In this document: in pieces, positions 22,871-36,112 of the stretch
How the letters are laid out: each line of letters begins with the position of its first letter
Numbering within the stretch: position 1 is the first letter of the stretch
From: Camelus dromedarius
Taxonomy: Eukaryota
NCBI RefSeq assembly: GCF_036321535.1
Contig: NC_087447.1
Span: forward strand, 45,944,001 to 46,008,000
Length of the DNA: 64,000 nt
Direction of reading: 5' to 3'
The notes under the pieces: generated by a model
Database searches by the model: none
What the model saw: only the letters and a program-made list of their open reading frames with translations
What the model was told of the DNA's origin: nothing
Program-made: the position numbers and the translations under genes

Positions 22871-25800
22871 GCCATTTTGGACAACAAAGAGGGAAGATTG
22901 GAGAACTGAGATTGATGTGCACGTGACGTTCTGGACACTTCACTAACTATACGTACAAACTGTTTTTACTGATGAGGAGATTGAAGCTCAGAAGTGTGAA
23001 GGGGCTTGTCCACAGTCTTATAGATAGAAAGTAGCAAAGTGGGGATGTTTACCTGGATTGGTCTAAATATGAAAGCCACAGCACCATACTGTGGGTTCCT
23101 GAAATATAATATCAAATGGTACACGTGTCAATCTGAGAAAAGGAGGGATCCATGGATGGTTTAATTCTGTCCCTTCCTCCAACCTACAAAGGTAGATTCA
23201 TTAATCACATTGATAAATATCTATCCTGAACATTAAGACCAGACTTTAGAGATACAGGGCTCTTTCTGTGGTTTGGAGATTAGAGGAGTGACAGCCCTGG
23301 ATCCCAGGGTGAAGGAAGGATACTAAATGGAATACATTGAATTGAACAGGGAGCCTAAGACAGGACTGGCTATTGGGATTGTGGGTGTTCTGAGGAGCTG
23401 AAACCAACCTTGTCAATGTCCTCAGTTCCATTCCTCATGGGGTTAACTTCAGTTGGAGAGTTTGAGGGCTGCCTCCAGATCTAATGGATCACACCTGCTA
23501 GAATTGTCTAGAAAGGAGTGAGAGGAAAGATGCAGTAATCTGAGTCCAGGAGAAATCTAGCTGTACCCTGGAGATAGAGAGATTAAAGCAGCATCTCCTA
23601 AAAGGGAGTAAAAGTGACAGCGATAAGCCAGGATCCCACAAACCTACCCACAAGCTGGAATCTGGTTACCCAGGTCTGCTGCAGGAATTCCAGGAACAAA
23701 AGCGTCCCTGAAAGGTCTCAGATTAGGGAGAAGCAATGGGTGGCATGACACACAGTGAGTACCCAGGCTATTTACAGAAATTAGGGCTGATTGTGTCCAG
23801 GGAGTGACGGAAAAGCCACAAGCTGGTGTGGGGACCTCAGGTGTCTGATACTTGATCCATCAGAAAACAGGGCATCTATAAAGAACAAGAGATGGCAGGG
23901 AGAATGAGGAAGTGCAAAGTACAGGGAAGAGAAGGAAAAAGAGTGAGCCCAAATGGCCATGGAGTGAGGGGGTCCAGTCAAATTAGCTATTATATTCCAG
24001 ACAGATCTGACTTTATGTGTAGCAGAGTATGTGTGGCCAGGGATGGGCATCAAATTTTAACAAGGATAAAACGTAGTTCTGTAGCCATCTTTGAATTGAT
24101 TGATTGTTTGAACTGATTCAGTCCTTAGGCTGAAGATGCAAAACACAGTGACTAAGTGAGCTCTACAGAGATGGAACCTGTGACCTTAGAGCCATTAGCA
24201 CCATGTGATACCTACTGAGCCAATGGCAATTAGTCAAAACAAAGATGTGCAACAAAACCAGAAGGTGTCCCTATGGACTGAGCCTGGGGCACTCTCTGGG
24301 GCTCATTATCTGCTCTCTCAAAAAAAAAAAAAAAGGCTCAGGAGATGTTGTGGTAATTGTGAAAGAACAGAAAGGCCAAGGCAAGACAGGACATCGGGAC
24401 TGACTGGATCTGTGAGCTCAGGATTAGTGTGGGGCAGAAGAGGGCCTGCTTCACAGGCTATGAGAGGAGGACTTGATGCTAGGGATGGAGGGATTCTTCC
24501 ATTCCTGCTGCAGTTCAGAGGTCATCATCGTGCTTCCTCTGGGCAGAACCATGGACCCCTAACTGACCACAGCATTCTCATTGAGGGTCCCCATGGGGCT
24601 CTGGCAACAAGAGGCTGGATACCTGTGCTCACCTTTCTTGTATCCCGCACCTCACCCACTCCCCGGGATACAGTACAACAAGGGTAGCATAAAGAATACA
24701 CCTGAGGCAGCCACTAGAATACCAAAGTGTGTGAGGTCGCTGGGACAACCAGGTGTGGTGAGTGAGCTTCACAAAGGGAGAAGCAGGTGTGGGGAAGGAC
24801 AATAAGATTCAAGGTAAGGGTGGAAAAGTTAATGGGGAGAGGGGAAGTGGGGAGATGAACCAAGAAAGAAAGAGGTGGGAGACACAGTTGTGAAAGTTAC
24901 TGTTTCTGAACCTGGGAGGGCAGAAAGGAGGGGGCAAAGAATTTGACCATTCTTAGAAAGTTACGTCAATTTTGGAAGAGTAGGACAGTAGATTGGGGTT
25001 GGGGAATCAGGATTGGAGCAGGTGGAAAAATCAGAAAAACACAGTGTCCTTTGCAGAAGGCAGGGAGCTATGAGGCTCAGAATCTGGGCAATTTTTGTAT
25101 AAGCAGACTCTTTAAAACAGCTCATGGAATTCAACAAATGTACTTCATGCATAATAGAAAGATGCCATTATTATAGGAATGGAAAATATAAAAGATAGTG
25201 TGTGTTCAGATAGCTCACAGAGTAAGTAGGAAGGTGTGGGAAGAATTCTAGTAGTACACTGGTTTATGCTAGAGGGATGCCCAAAGGTAAGAGAATAAGT
25301 GATTTGTCTGGAGGGGAAATATATTAGCAGGCCTGTGGGAACTGGTAGCACCTGAGTTCTAGTAGGAATAAATTGCTTCCTGAGATGGAAAATGGAGAGG
25401 AGGTGGAGATAACTGTTGGTTCAAAGGCAAGGATGATGAACCAGCATGCAGTATTTGGGACTGGATTAAAATCTTGGAGTCTAGACATAAAGGACTCTAA
25501 CATTTACTAGGAAGTCACTTGCAACAGACTTTGCAGACCAAATATGATTACCGAGCAATGTCTTAAAATTAATACAGTATAGTTTTAAGCTATTGGTGGC
25601 CCAAATCTCTGGATGGTGGAACTTGGGGAACCTCAAAAAATTCAGTAGTGATATCTTCTATCCCTTATACATGGGCTGGTTTTCTGCCTGTCTTGCACTA
25701 CTGGTAATCTGCTGGTGTCCTTTCCCCCAGATTCTTCAGGGCAAAAGTGAACCCCATCAGTGTCCTCATCAAAGACACAGTATGAGGAAAAATCTGAAAA

Positions 25801-27729
25801 TAGGGAGCAGCAGAACTGATCACTGCCTTATATTACAATAACCTACAAAGATCTGAGACTAAGAACAGGGAGATGATTACCTAGATTTAGGCTCTGTAAT
25901 TTACCAAATCATTTCTATTCCCTGAATTGTTTTATTCCTCAACCCCACATGTTATGCTTTTTTTTTAATGCTTCCTATATGCCCAGATCTCTTGCATATT
26001 CACATTTCATAATGTATCTGATGTAATCTCTTACTTTGTTAGGTAGTTATCCATGAGACATACTACCTGTCTCCAGCAGATTTGCGGGGTGCTCAGCACT
26101 GAAGATACCTCTTTCAGGACAGTCAAGGTTAATACGGAGACAAATGGGGTCTCTCGGGAAATGGAAAGGCAATCACCACCTTGGAGATAAGTTCAGTCTC
26201 TTAGCCATTTCTTCCTACTGTGGTTTATCTCCTGTGACCCAACTTTTAGGAATTCCTCTCACATTGGCCACTTACTGAAGCCTTTCTAATTCTGTAGCGC
26301 TCAATCCCAGGGCCTGGGAGGAGAGATGGTCAGCAGGGGTTCAGGGAAGAGGAAAACAATATCTGTGGCAGAATGCATGTGAGGTATGATGATACAGAGA
26401 AAGAAATTCCACTTACAAAATGTATTTTTGATGGTCTGAAAATCAGTGACATATCTGAGGAATTACAGGAGTTCTGGAAAGCTAAGATGCATGAGTCAAA
26501 ACAGATTAAACAGTAAAGGTTGTCTGGAGCCAGATGGTGAAGGGGTTTCTATGGCAAATAAAGGTGTGGACTTTATTTTGAAGCAGTGGAAAACCAGCTG
26601 GGTTTAAGGAAAGACACCACAGCCACATTATCAGATTGCAAATTAGAAATAACACCGTGGGATCTCTGCAGAGGAGGGATTAAAATGCAGAAGAGTTGAT
26701 AGCCCGGAAACTAGTGGAGATAAAGCCCTCAGCAAAGGCCACAGCCATGTCGATGAGTGAAAGAATTGGATTCGGGAAAAATATTTGAGATGAGACAATG
26801 GAGTTTACTGAGTAATTGACAGTTACTCATTTGATAGGAGAATATGTCTTTCCAAGAAAAAATAAAGAATTTGGGGTAAGGCTAAAGTCATCTCTGAATT
26901 CTATCCTCAATTCAGCATTATTCCCTTTTCCCTAGCCATTACTTCTTTAGTCAAATCAATTTAATGCAAATCCTTCTAGCACCTCTAGGCACTTAAGTAC
27001 AAATGTAGCTATTTGGGAGATAGAATACTTTAGGAGACTTTTAAAACATGTATGATACCATAATGCATAAATCACTATTATGCATTTTTTAACTTAGCAA
27101 TGTATCTTCATTCCTAACTATTAAGATTGTCGTGCATCATGGCCATCTCCCTGATTAGTTATCAGAACTAATATGAAGAATTATAAAGAATTGTTTCCCC
27201 TTGACAACAAAAATCTTTTTTTATGCCTCTTTAAACATGAGAGCCTTTCTCTCTGATCAATATTTAAAAAACTAGAATTGCCAAACCAAGCAGATTTCTT
27301 GTTTAATGGGTTCTGCCAAATTGTTCCCAAAAGGGCTACCTTGTTTTATAATCTAGACAACCTTGATTAAGAACAATCTTTTAATATCTTTTACAGAATA
27401 TAATTTTATCAAATTTTATTTATCCCACATGATGGGTTAAGAAGTGTCTTGTTATTTTTAAATGTGTATTCCTTTAGTAACCACTGAGATTGATTTTATA
27501 CATTTGTTTAGCATTTGTATATATTATTATATGAAAAAAATCAGATTTTGCCAGATTTGACATGATATTGCCCATCTTTTGTTCATAGTTTTTTTCTTAA
27601 TAAATTTCAAATTCTAAATGTTTTTCAGTAATGTAAGCCGCAAATATTGTCTGATTCTGGGACACACTCTTCCATTGTTTCCCATATCTTTCAACCTCAT
27701 ATAAGGTACCATGGTTACATTAGATTTTT

Positions 27730-28880
27730 TCTTTTTGCTGTGAAATTATTTTATTATTGTAAAACAGTTAACATGAGATCTAACCTCTTAAAATTTTTTT
27801 AACTTGGTAACTCTAGGCACAGTGTTGCACAGAAGATTTTTAGAATTTTTTCATCTTGCATGACTGAAAATTGATTCTCATTAAACAGAAATTTCCTGTT
27901 TCCCCCACCCCCAGAATCTGGGACCACCATTCTCCTCTCTGTTTCTCTGAGTTTGGCTATTAATATACTTTATATAAGTGGAATCATGCAGCATTTGTCC
28001 TTCTGTGACAGGCTTATGCAACAACATCCTGGAGGACAGTATGCTAAAATAATAAAAAATTTGATTAAAAAATAATAAAACAGTATTATTGTATATACAT
28101 TTACAATTATTGTATCTTAGAGATATTGACCTTATTTCATAATGAAATGTCTTTCTTCATTTAATAATATTTTCTGTCTTGAGTCTTTTTATCTGATATT
28201 GGTATAGCCACTCCAGCTCTTTTATGGTTATTGTTGGCATGATGTATGTTTTTCCATTCTTTTACTTTCCTCTTATTTACATATATCTTGGAATCCATAT
28301 GTGTTTCCTGTGTGCAGAATATAGTTAGTCTTTTTTTTTCTACTCTGTACAACAGTGTCTGCTTTTTGTGAGGATTTTTTAGCCCGTGTACTTTGTAATT
28401 TTTGGAATTATGGTTCCAGTGGTTGGAAATGGTTGGAATTTCATGTGCCATTTTGCCAGAACTCCTTGTTAAATTTCCAGTTACTCTGATGATGATCCAC
28501 AGCTTGCCCCAAAGAAGACCACTGGCTCTGGGTGGTAGAACATCTGGTCCTCCCTTTTTGCTCACCACCAAGATCACCACACTAATTGGCAAGCTCCAAG
28601 TCAGGGAAGCCAGCTCAGGCAGCTAGACCAAAGCTGTCGGCTTTCCCTGTCTGGTGACTGCTGACAACTGAAGGCAGTGGGGATGATGAGAGCAACCCCA
28701 GGCCAGAAAGCCAAGAACATGGTGGTTATTTCCCAATATTCAGTAGTCTTCATGAATAGGCTTATATCTCTGATGGATTTCAGAGTGCTGAAATTATATT
28801 AGTGACAGTTTTCCCAGTTTTATAGTTGCTTTTTTGGAGAGAGGATGTTTCAACCTCCGCACTTCATCATACCAGAAATG
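27730..28880 (-). mobile_element. L1 fragments: 3' end, ORF2 endonuclease remnant and old L1M 5' end
   Basis: ORF 28161-28592 contains CTQETH...KVKEWKNIHHANNNHKRAGVAIPISDK (L1 endonuclease-like). 27730-28020 has the L1MA 3' signature ataagtggaatcatgcagcatttgtccttctgtgac. Confidence 0.75.
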
Positions 28881-30085
28881 AATATTTGTTTCTATTTATA
28901 CATCTTTTAATATTTTCCTTTTATAGTTTAAAAGTTATTACATTTTATTTTAAAATACTTCACTTCATGTTTTAGGATATGTGCATTTAGAGTTTTCCAG
29001 TGAATGTTTAGAGTTAATTTATATCCATAGCATCCCCTAAGAATATAATGTAGCATGTTTTTATTTTGCTCTTTCCCACATCACAATTTCATGGTCCTTT
29101 TGTCTGGAATTTCAGTTTTAACTTTTTGGATATTTAACTAAAGGAGGGAGATCTGACTATAGTGTGTGTCCAGTCCTTCTTGTTGAAATTATAAATAATA
29201 TTTGGATATTAAATGTGAAAAGAGTCTAATTATGAGGCTCTTATTCTGGAAAATTGTTGAGTGGTAATGCCACCAACTGATTTAGGGAACCAAAATATGT
29301 TTCTTATTATTATGCATATATATTTTTTGGTTGTTGTTGTAATTTTCCCACCACTGCCTCCTAACTGAGAAAACTGGAAGAGGTTTAAAGATGCATCTGT
29401 TAAGATCTGTTCTGTATTACTGAATTTAAAATGCTTCTGACATCCAAGTAGAAATTTGGATGAGATAAATATAGAATGATCAGGGAATATATTTGTGATT
29501 CATCAATTTATAAAGTTTAGTTGAAGTCAAGAGGAATACCACTGAGGAAAAAGAAAAGGAAAAGTGTATATTCATAGCAGCCAGCAGTCATTGAGAAAAT
29601 GATCAGTTTAGGAAAGGTGACTACCTTTGATTTAGTAATAAAGGAGTAATTGGTGACCTTAATGAGAGCAATTAACATTGAAATGTGAATGTGTTAAATC
29701 AGCTCAAAAGTCAGATTGCCTGGGACTGGGAGGAGTAGAAAAATGTGTCTATAGGAGTATAGACCCCCTCCCCCGTGTTTGCGATTAAGGGAGGAGGTAA
29801 GTTAGGGAAAAGATAACAGGAAAAACAGGGTTGAGGACAATGGGAAAACAATTCAAGAGTTTTGAGGACAGCTATAGAAAAAGCTCCAAGGCAAGGGATG
29901 ACAGCAGTCTAGTTATTAGAATGTCTGTGTGTGAAAGGAGGGAATATGTGTGTGTATGTTATGTCTGGGGCAGGAGAGGAAGGAGGCAGGCTGTTTTCGA
30001 AAGCATTATGCAAATATGTCATAAGATTAAGTATGTCTTTCTAATCAGTTTTCAGGTTGCACAGTTCAAAGTGGGACCCTGAACT

Positions 30086-31057
30086 ATGTCTACATTCCTC
30101 ACCCAGTCAGCTCCCAATACCAGCACTTCAATGGCCCCCACCTTCCTGTTGGTGGGCATGCCGGGCCTGTCAGCTGTACCCTCCTGGTGGGCGATAGCCC
30201 TCCTCACTGTCTACCTTCTCTCTGCCCTGGGCAATGGTGCTATCCTCTGGATCATTGCCCTGGAGCCCGTGCTACACCGCCCAATGTACTTTTTCCTCTT
30301 CCTTCTCAGTGTGTCTGATGTTGGCTTGACCGCAGTCCTGATGCCCACCCTGCTGGGTCTTGCTCTTGCAGATGCTCATGCTGTCCCTGCCTCAGCTTGC
30401 CTCCTACAGATGTTCTTCATCCATGTCTTTTCTGTCATGGAGTCCTCTATGTTACTCACCATGGCCTTAGATCGGGCACTGGCCATCTGCCGCCCTCTCC
30501 ACTTCCCAACACTCCTCACCAGTGGCATCGTTAGCAAGATCTGCCTGGCCATTGCTTTCCGATGTCTGGGTCTCCATCTGCCCCTGCCATTCCTCCTGGC
30601 CCACATGCCCTACTGCCGTCCACAGGTCCTGACCCATTCCTACTGCTTCCACCCAGGTGTGGTCCGTCTGGCCTGCCCCGGAGCATGGGGTGCAGTCTAC
30701 AGCCTCTTTGTGGTCCTGTCAGCCATGGCGTTGGACCCCATGCTTATTTTTCTCTCCTATGGCCTAATTGGCAAAGTGTTACAAGGTTTGGGATCCAGTG
30801 GGGATCGCTGGAAGGCTGGCCAAACCTGTGCTGCCCACCTCTGTGCAGTGCCTCTCTTCTACGTGCCCGTGATCCTCCTGGCACTCATCGACCGTCTTCG
30901 GGTGCCAGTCCCTCAGCCTGCTCACACTCTTCTCTCCTATGTCCACTTCCTGCTTCCTCCATTGATAAACCCTGTTCTCTATAGTGTCAAGTTGAGGGAG
31001 ATGAGACAGAGGATACTCAAGAGGCTGCAGCCCAGGAAGGTGGGTTGTGTTCAGTGA
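30086..31057 (+). CDS. OR51S1: Olfactory receptor 51S1 orthologue, intact, 323 aa
   Basis: Distinctive OR51S1 sequence: APNTSTSMAPTFLLVGMPGLS, DRALAICRPLH, RWKAGQTCAAHL, LPPLINP, RLQPRKVG. Candidate splice acceptor ttttcag ends at 30055. Confidence 0.95.
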   Translation: MSTFLTQSAPNTSTSMAPTFLLVGMPGLSAVPSWWAIALLTVYLLSALGNGAILWIIALEPVLHRPMYFFLFLLSVSDVGLTAVLMPTLLGLALADAHAVPASACLLQMFFIHVFSVMESSMLLTMALDRALAICRPLHFPTLLTSGIVSKICLAIAFRCLGLHLPLPFLLAHMPYCRPQVLTHSYCFHPGVVRLACPGAWGAVYSLFVVLSAMALDPMLIFLSYGLIGKVLQGLGSSGDRWKAGQTCAAHLCAVPLFYVPVILLALIDRLRVPVPQPAHTLLSYVHFLLPPLINPVLYSVKLREMRQRILKRLQPRKVGCVQ

Positions 31058-32793
31058 GGAGGGTGTTCCTTCACGCTTGGTGGCTCAGGGCTACCGGATT
31101 CAAAGGTTTCTGTGACTGAGAACTCATTTTATCATGCATGAAATGGTCATTCAGGTGCACCAGAATGCATATACGCCAATATATCTACCTGCCCCTAGAA
31201 GCATGCATGTGCTCATTGATGAAAACTTAACAAGCCCCAGAGAATGTACCCACTTTTATACCACAGATGCCGGGCATCAAAAGGGCCAGAATCTAGGTCT
31301 TGTCACTATCCTTCAAGTGTGTGAGAGTGTACCTTTTCCTGCATATCCACCAAAATTCACCAATACCCCTATTCTTAAATTTTCATAGTGAGAATAATCT
31401 CATTTTACTTTGTGTCATATTTCCCTAATAGTATCAATGAGTGTCTTTCACATATCTACTGGTTATTTTATTTCCTCCTCTATGAATAGCCTCTTCAAAA
31501 ATCCTTCACCCATTTTTCTATTGGATTGTTTATGGTTTAAAAACAAATGTGCAAGATGTCCTAGTTTTAATCTTTGCCAATAGAGTATTTGCCTTTGTCA
31601 TTATTTAAGCAACCAAATTTCAAGTAAATATAGTTTTACGTAATCAAATCTACATTTATATTTCTTTATAATTTTTGTGTTTCATATGTCTCTTTTAAGA
31701 CAAGTATCTTTGACCCGTATGTTCTACATATATTCTCTTACGATTTTTTTTTTCTAGAATCATTATAATAGTTTTTACCTCTAAGTCTTTCTGTGTCAGG
31801 AGTCCAAGTTATATTAACCAAGACAATTATGTACTAGTGGCAGCATCTTCTATTAAATACATTATCTTTTTCTCACTGAAATAAAATACCATGCATGTCA
31901 TCTTTTAGATGTGTCTGTGCATATAGACTTGGCTTTAGAGATCTTTTTATGGAGCATGATATATGTGCGTATACACACACGAGATATATACATACATACA
32001 CATCACTGATCTGTTAGAATAGCCTCATAGCGTGATTTAGTTAATAGATTTAGTTAATATGTGGTATAAAGAGATACCTCACAAAACAAACAAGAGCTTT
32101 GGAAAACTAACAAGAATTACATTATTTTTATAGATTAAATATAAGGGAATCAGCATTTATGAAAGTTTTCATGTTGAAGAATTTAATAGGTGTTTTAGTT
32201 ATTAACACCTATTTTATACTTTTCAGTAAAATTATTCACATAGTTAAATTTATCTGTGTAGTTTTTAAATGTATGATTGTGTTGCTACTGTAAATAAGAC
32301 ATTCCCTTCTTCTCTCTCCATATATATATTGCTAGATTGAGAAAAACATCTTTTATCTTGCATTAATATATACTTTACCAAATTGTCATAAACATAATAG
32401 TAGTATTTTCTTAATTTTTGGATTTTATTTGCAGTTAGCATTCATAAGTAAAAACAGGTGATTGGTAACTTTCCCCTAATACTCATATAAATTATTTCAT
32501 TTTCTTATTTTATTCATTTCATTGGAATCTCCAACCTATTATGAAAGTTTGAGTGAGCATTGAAATGTTGTTTCTCATTTTAATATAAATGGCATTAGTG
32601 TTTCACCTATTTGAAGAATGGTTGGCGCTAGATCTTTGGGTAAACTTTATAACTTTAAATAGTTCATTAGTATTCCAATTTTATTAATTTTTAGTAAGCG
32701 TACTTAATGAATCCTATTAAATTCTTTGTCAGCATGCACTAACACAATCATAATGTCTAACGTGTTGAACAACTGAAATATCCTTGTTTTCTT

Positions 32794-34189
32794 TTTTTTA
32801 ACACTTTTATTGATTTATAATCATTTTACAATGTTGTATCAAATTCAAGTGTAGAGCACAATTTTTCAGTTATACATGAACATACATATATTCATTATCA
32901 CATTTTTTTTCTCCATGAGCTACCATAAGATCTTGTATATATTTCCCTGTGCTATACAGTATAGTCTTGCTTATCTATTCTACAATTTTGAAATCCCAGT
33001 CTATCCCTTCCCACCCTCCGCCCCCTTGCCAACCACAAGTTTGTATTCTATGTCTATGAGTCTATTTCTGTTTTGTATTTATGCTTTGTTTGTTCGTTTG
33101 TTTGTTTTAGATTCCACATATGAGCAATCTCATATGGTATTTTTCTTTCTCTTTCTGGCTTACTTCACTTAGAATGACATTCCCCAGGAGCATCCATGTT
33201 GCTGCAAATGGCATTGTGTTGTCGATTCTTATGGCTGAGTAGGAGTCCATTGTATACATATACCACCTCTTCTTTATCCAGTCATCTGTTGATGGACATT
33301 TAGGCTGTCTCTATGTCTTGGCTATTGTAAATAGTGCTGTTATGAACATTGGGGTGCAGGTGTCATCCTGAAGTAGTGTTCCTTCTGGATATATGCCCAG
33401 GAGTGGGATTCCTGGGTCATATGGTAAGTCTATTCCTAGTCTTTTTAGGAATCTTCATACTGTTTTCCACAGTGGCTGCACCAAAATGCATTCCCACCAG
33501 CAGTGTAGGAGGGTTCCCCTTTCTCCACAGCCTCTCCAGCATTTGTCATTTGTGGATTCTTGAATGATGGCCATTCTGACTGGTGTGAGGTGATACCTCA
33601 TTGTAGTTCTGATTTGCATTTCTCTGATAATTAGTGATACTGAGCATTTTTTCATGTGCCTATTGATCATTTGTATGTCTTCCTTGGAGAATTGCTTGTT
33701 TAGGTCTTCTACCCATTTTTGGATTAGGTTGTTTGGTTGTTTCTCATTAAGTCATATGAGCTGTTTGTATGTTCTGGAGATCAAGCCTTTGTTGGTTTCA
33801 TTTGCAAAAATTTTCTCCCATTCCGTAGGTTGTCTTTTTGTTTTACTTATGGTTTCCTTTGCTGTGCAGAAGCTTGTAAGTTTCATTAGGTCCCATTTGT
33901 TTATTCTTGCTTTTATTTCTGTTGCTTGAGTAGACTGTTCTAGGAGAACATTTTTGAGATGTATGTCAGATAATGTCTTGCCTATATTTTCTTCTAGGGG
34001 TTTATTGTATCTTGTCTTATGTTTAAGTCTTTGATCCATTTTGAGTTTATTTTTGTGTATGGTGTAAGGGAGTGTTCTAGCTTCATTGCTTTACATGCTG
34101 CTGCCCAGTTTTCCCAACACCATTTGCTGAAGAGACTGTCTTTATTCCATTGTATATTCTTGCCTCCTTTGCCGAAGATTAGTTGACCA
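32794..34189 (-). mobile_element. Relatively young 5'-truncated L1 (~1.4 kb) inserted in an older L1M (from ~31390)
   Basis: ORF2 C-terminal peptides ([43 protein letters not shown]), T tail at the left end, and 14-bp TSD atccttgttttctt at 32780-32793 and 34190-34203. Confidence 0.93.
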
Positions 34190-35189
34190 ATCCTTGTTTT
34201 CTTATAATTATAGAAGAACACATTTTAAATGAAAAGTAACAGATTGAATCCACATAGTGCCAAGACAAGAATACACAATGATATATTAGGACATAATTCT
34301 AGGAACACAGAATAGCTATACCTCCATATTACATCAAGCTTTCCTGCAAGGTACATTATATAGTCTCTTATTAAACTAATCAGATAAGTTAGTCTGTCCA
34401 TTTCATGAATGAGAATACTGAGGCTGAGAAATTAAGAATGCCCCAAGTCTATAAAATTAGTTATGAAACAATTTATTTTCAGATTCACCCTAATCAAAAG
34501 CCCCTACTACAGAAGACTTCTTAAAATTGTTGAATGGAGAAGCTGCTTGGTCTTGAGGCAACAGGGATGAGGTCTCTGAGAAACCCTTCTTTTCCCAAAG
34601 TTCACTCTTTCCTCCTCCTGGGGACACCTACCCCCAATTTCCTATTTATTTACTGAGGGTAGAGTGATGTAAACAGAGTTTGGAGTCACACAGGCCTGGT
34701 TTTGAATTCAGGCCACTATTCCTGTGTGGTTTGACATGGATTGTTCCATATTTATAAAATGGGTATAATGAAGATTTCATAAAATCAGTCCCCTGAATCC
34801 TAGTGTCTGAACATAAGAGTTATTCAACAAATGGTAGTTTGGGGAAATTAAAAATGAAATTAAAATAGCTATGTTTAAATGTTGTATGCATACTCAATCT
34901 CAATAAAGAACTTTACAGCTGGAAGTTTCTTTAAGGTCCTACCATCTCATATTGACAGAAATCTGCAACCTGTGACCTGCCGAAAGCACTTTTGGGTGGA
35001 CCTTTGTAGCTCAGTGGTGGATGAACTGAAAGCAGAATCGCTGGCTGCCTCCATGTGTTTATTACTTCACTAGGTGAGGGGAGCAAATAACTCTTCCACA
35101 GCAGGGTTTCAACTACTCTTTCCTGGTCCTCACTCCTAGTCACTGGCCACATCCACATCAATCCCCTTGAATCCTTGCTGTCTACTGGT

Positions 35190-35223
35190 TGCTGTTACCA
35201 CTGCATGACATCAGGGGGCACTG
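35190..35223 (+). promoter_or_regulatory. Candidate CTCF site with upstream module
   Basis: Core ATGACATCAGGGGGCACTG at 35205-35223, preceded at 6 bp spacing by TGCTGTTAC, which resembles the ZF9-11 upstream motif. Confidence 0.45.
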
Positions 35224-35467
35224 TTCTCCCTGAAAATCATTCCACATCAATTTAACTGATAAATTTTGGGAAGAAACATTCTTTTTCCTCTAACAGCACA
35301 TGGGAGAATATAAATACTAGCAAGAAAACTTCTAAGTGTATACAAAATGTAACTGTGATACACAGAAGTTGGATGAAAGTGCAGACCAGGAAAAACTTTG
35401 CAAATCCCAGATCTCTGGGTTGGTCCCACAGATTAACAAAGCCTACCAGACTTGTACCCAGAGTTTA

Positions 35468-35470
<3 letters not shown>

Positions 35471-35498
<28 letters not shown>
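35471..35498. repeat. (GT)14 microsatellite
   Basis: Seen directly. Confidence 0.95.
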
Positions 35499-35501
<3 letters not shown>

Positions 35502-36112
35502 AGACAGAGAGAGACAGATTGAGAGCGAGAGGGTTGGAGTAGGAGAAGGAGAGAAAGATTAAGAATTCCTAACAGGGATCATAAATCCAAATACCGTAGA
35601 GGAGGAAGTGATAATAAAACAAGTGGAGCAAGTGCACGCTCAGACTGTGATTAGTAGGAGCTGTGCTAACTCAAGGGGCCAGCCACTTGTCAGTGCGTTC
35701 CTGCTGAGTATTTCCATGTGGGGAAATAGAACTGGTTTTGCCATATCTTCCCATTTTGAAGATAATTTGAAGTCATCTAAATATCTTGTCCAAGCAAACC
35801 TTGCTGAAGACCGTATTTGTATTGTATAGCTTTAAAAAAAAATTAACTGATTAATCTATACAATGCAGAAAGAAGAAATTCTTTTTTTAATTTTGAAGTA
35901 CACATGAAATAATCAAAATACATGATACATAGCAAGTAATTTTCTCAAGACCCACAGCCAGGAAATGGCAAAGCTGAAACCAGAGGACTGTTTTGTTGGT
36001 TTTTTTTTTTTTGTCTGTGTCCAGAGAGCTTTTCCACATATCTTGCCTCCTGGTTGACAGGACTAAGCTATCAGAGTGGATGGTTTAGAGGATATCTAAT
36101 TCCTGTTGAGAT

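Noticed and set aside
24205..24687. 160-aa ORF
   Set aside because: Non-ATG start, runs through an A tract, no homology evident; more likely UTR or promoter DNA.
30008..30015. Octamer ATGCAAAT (also at 5597 and 38464)
   Set aside because: Frequency is compatible with chance in AT-rich 64 kb; no supporting context.
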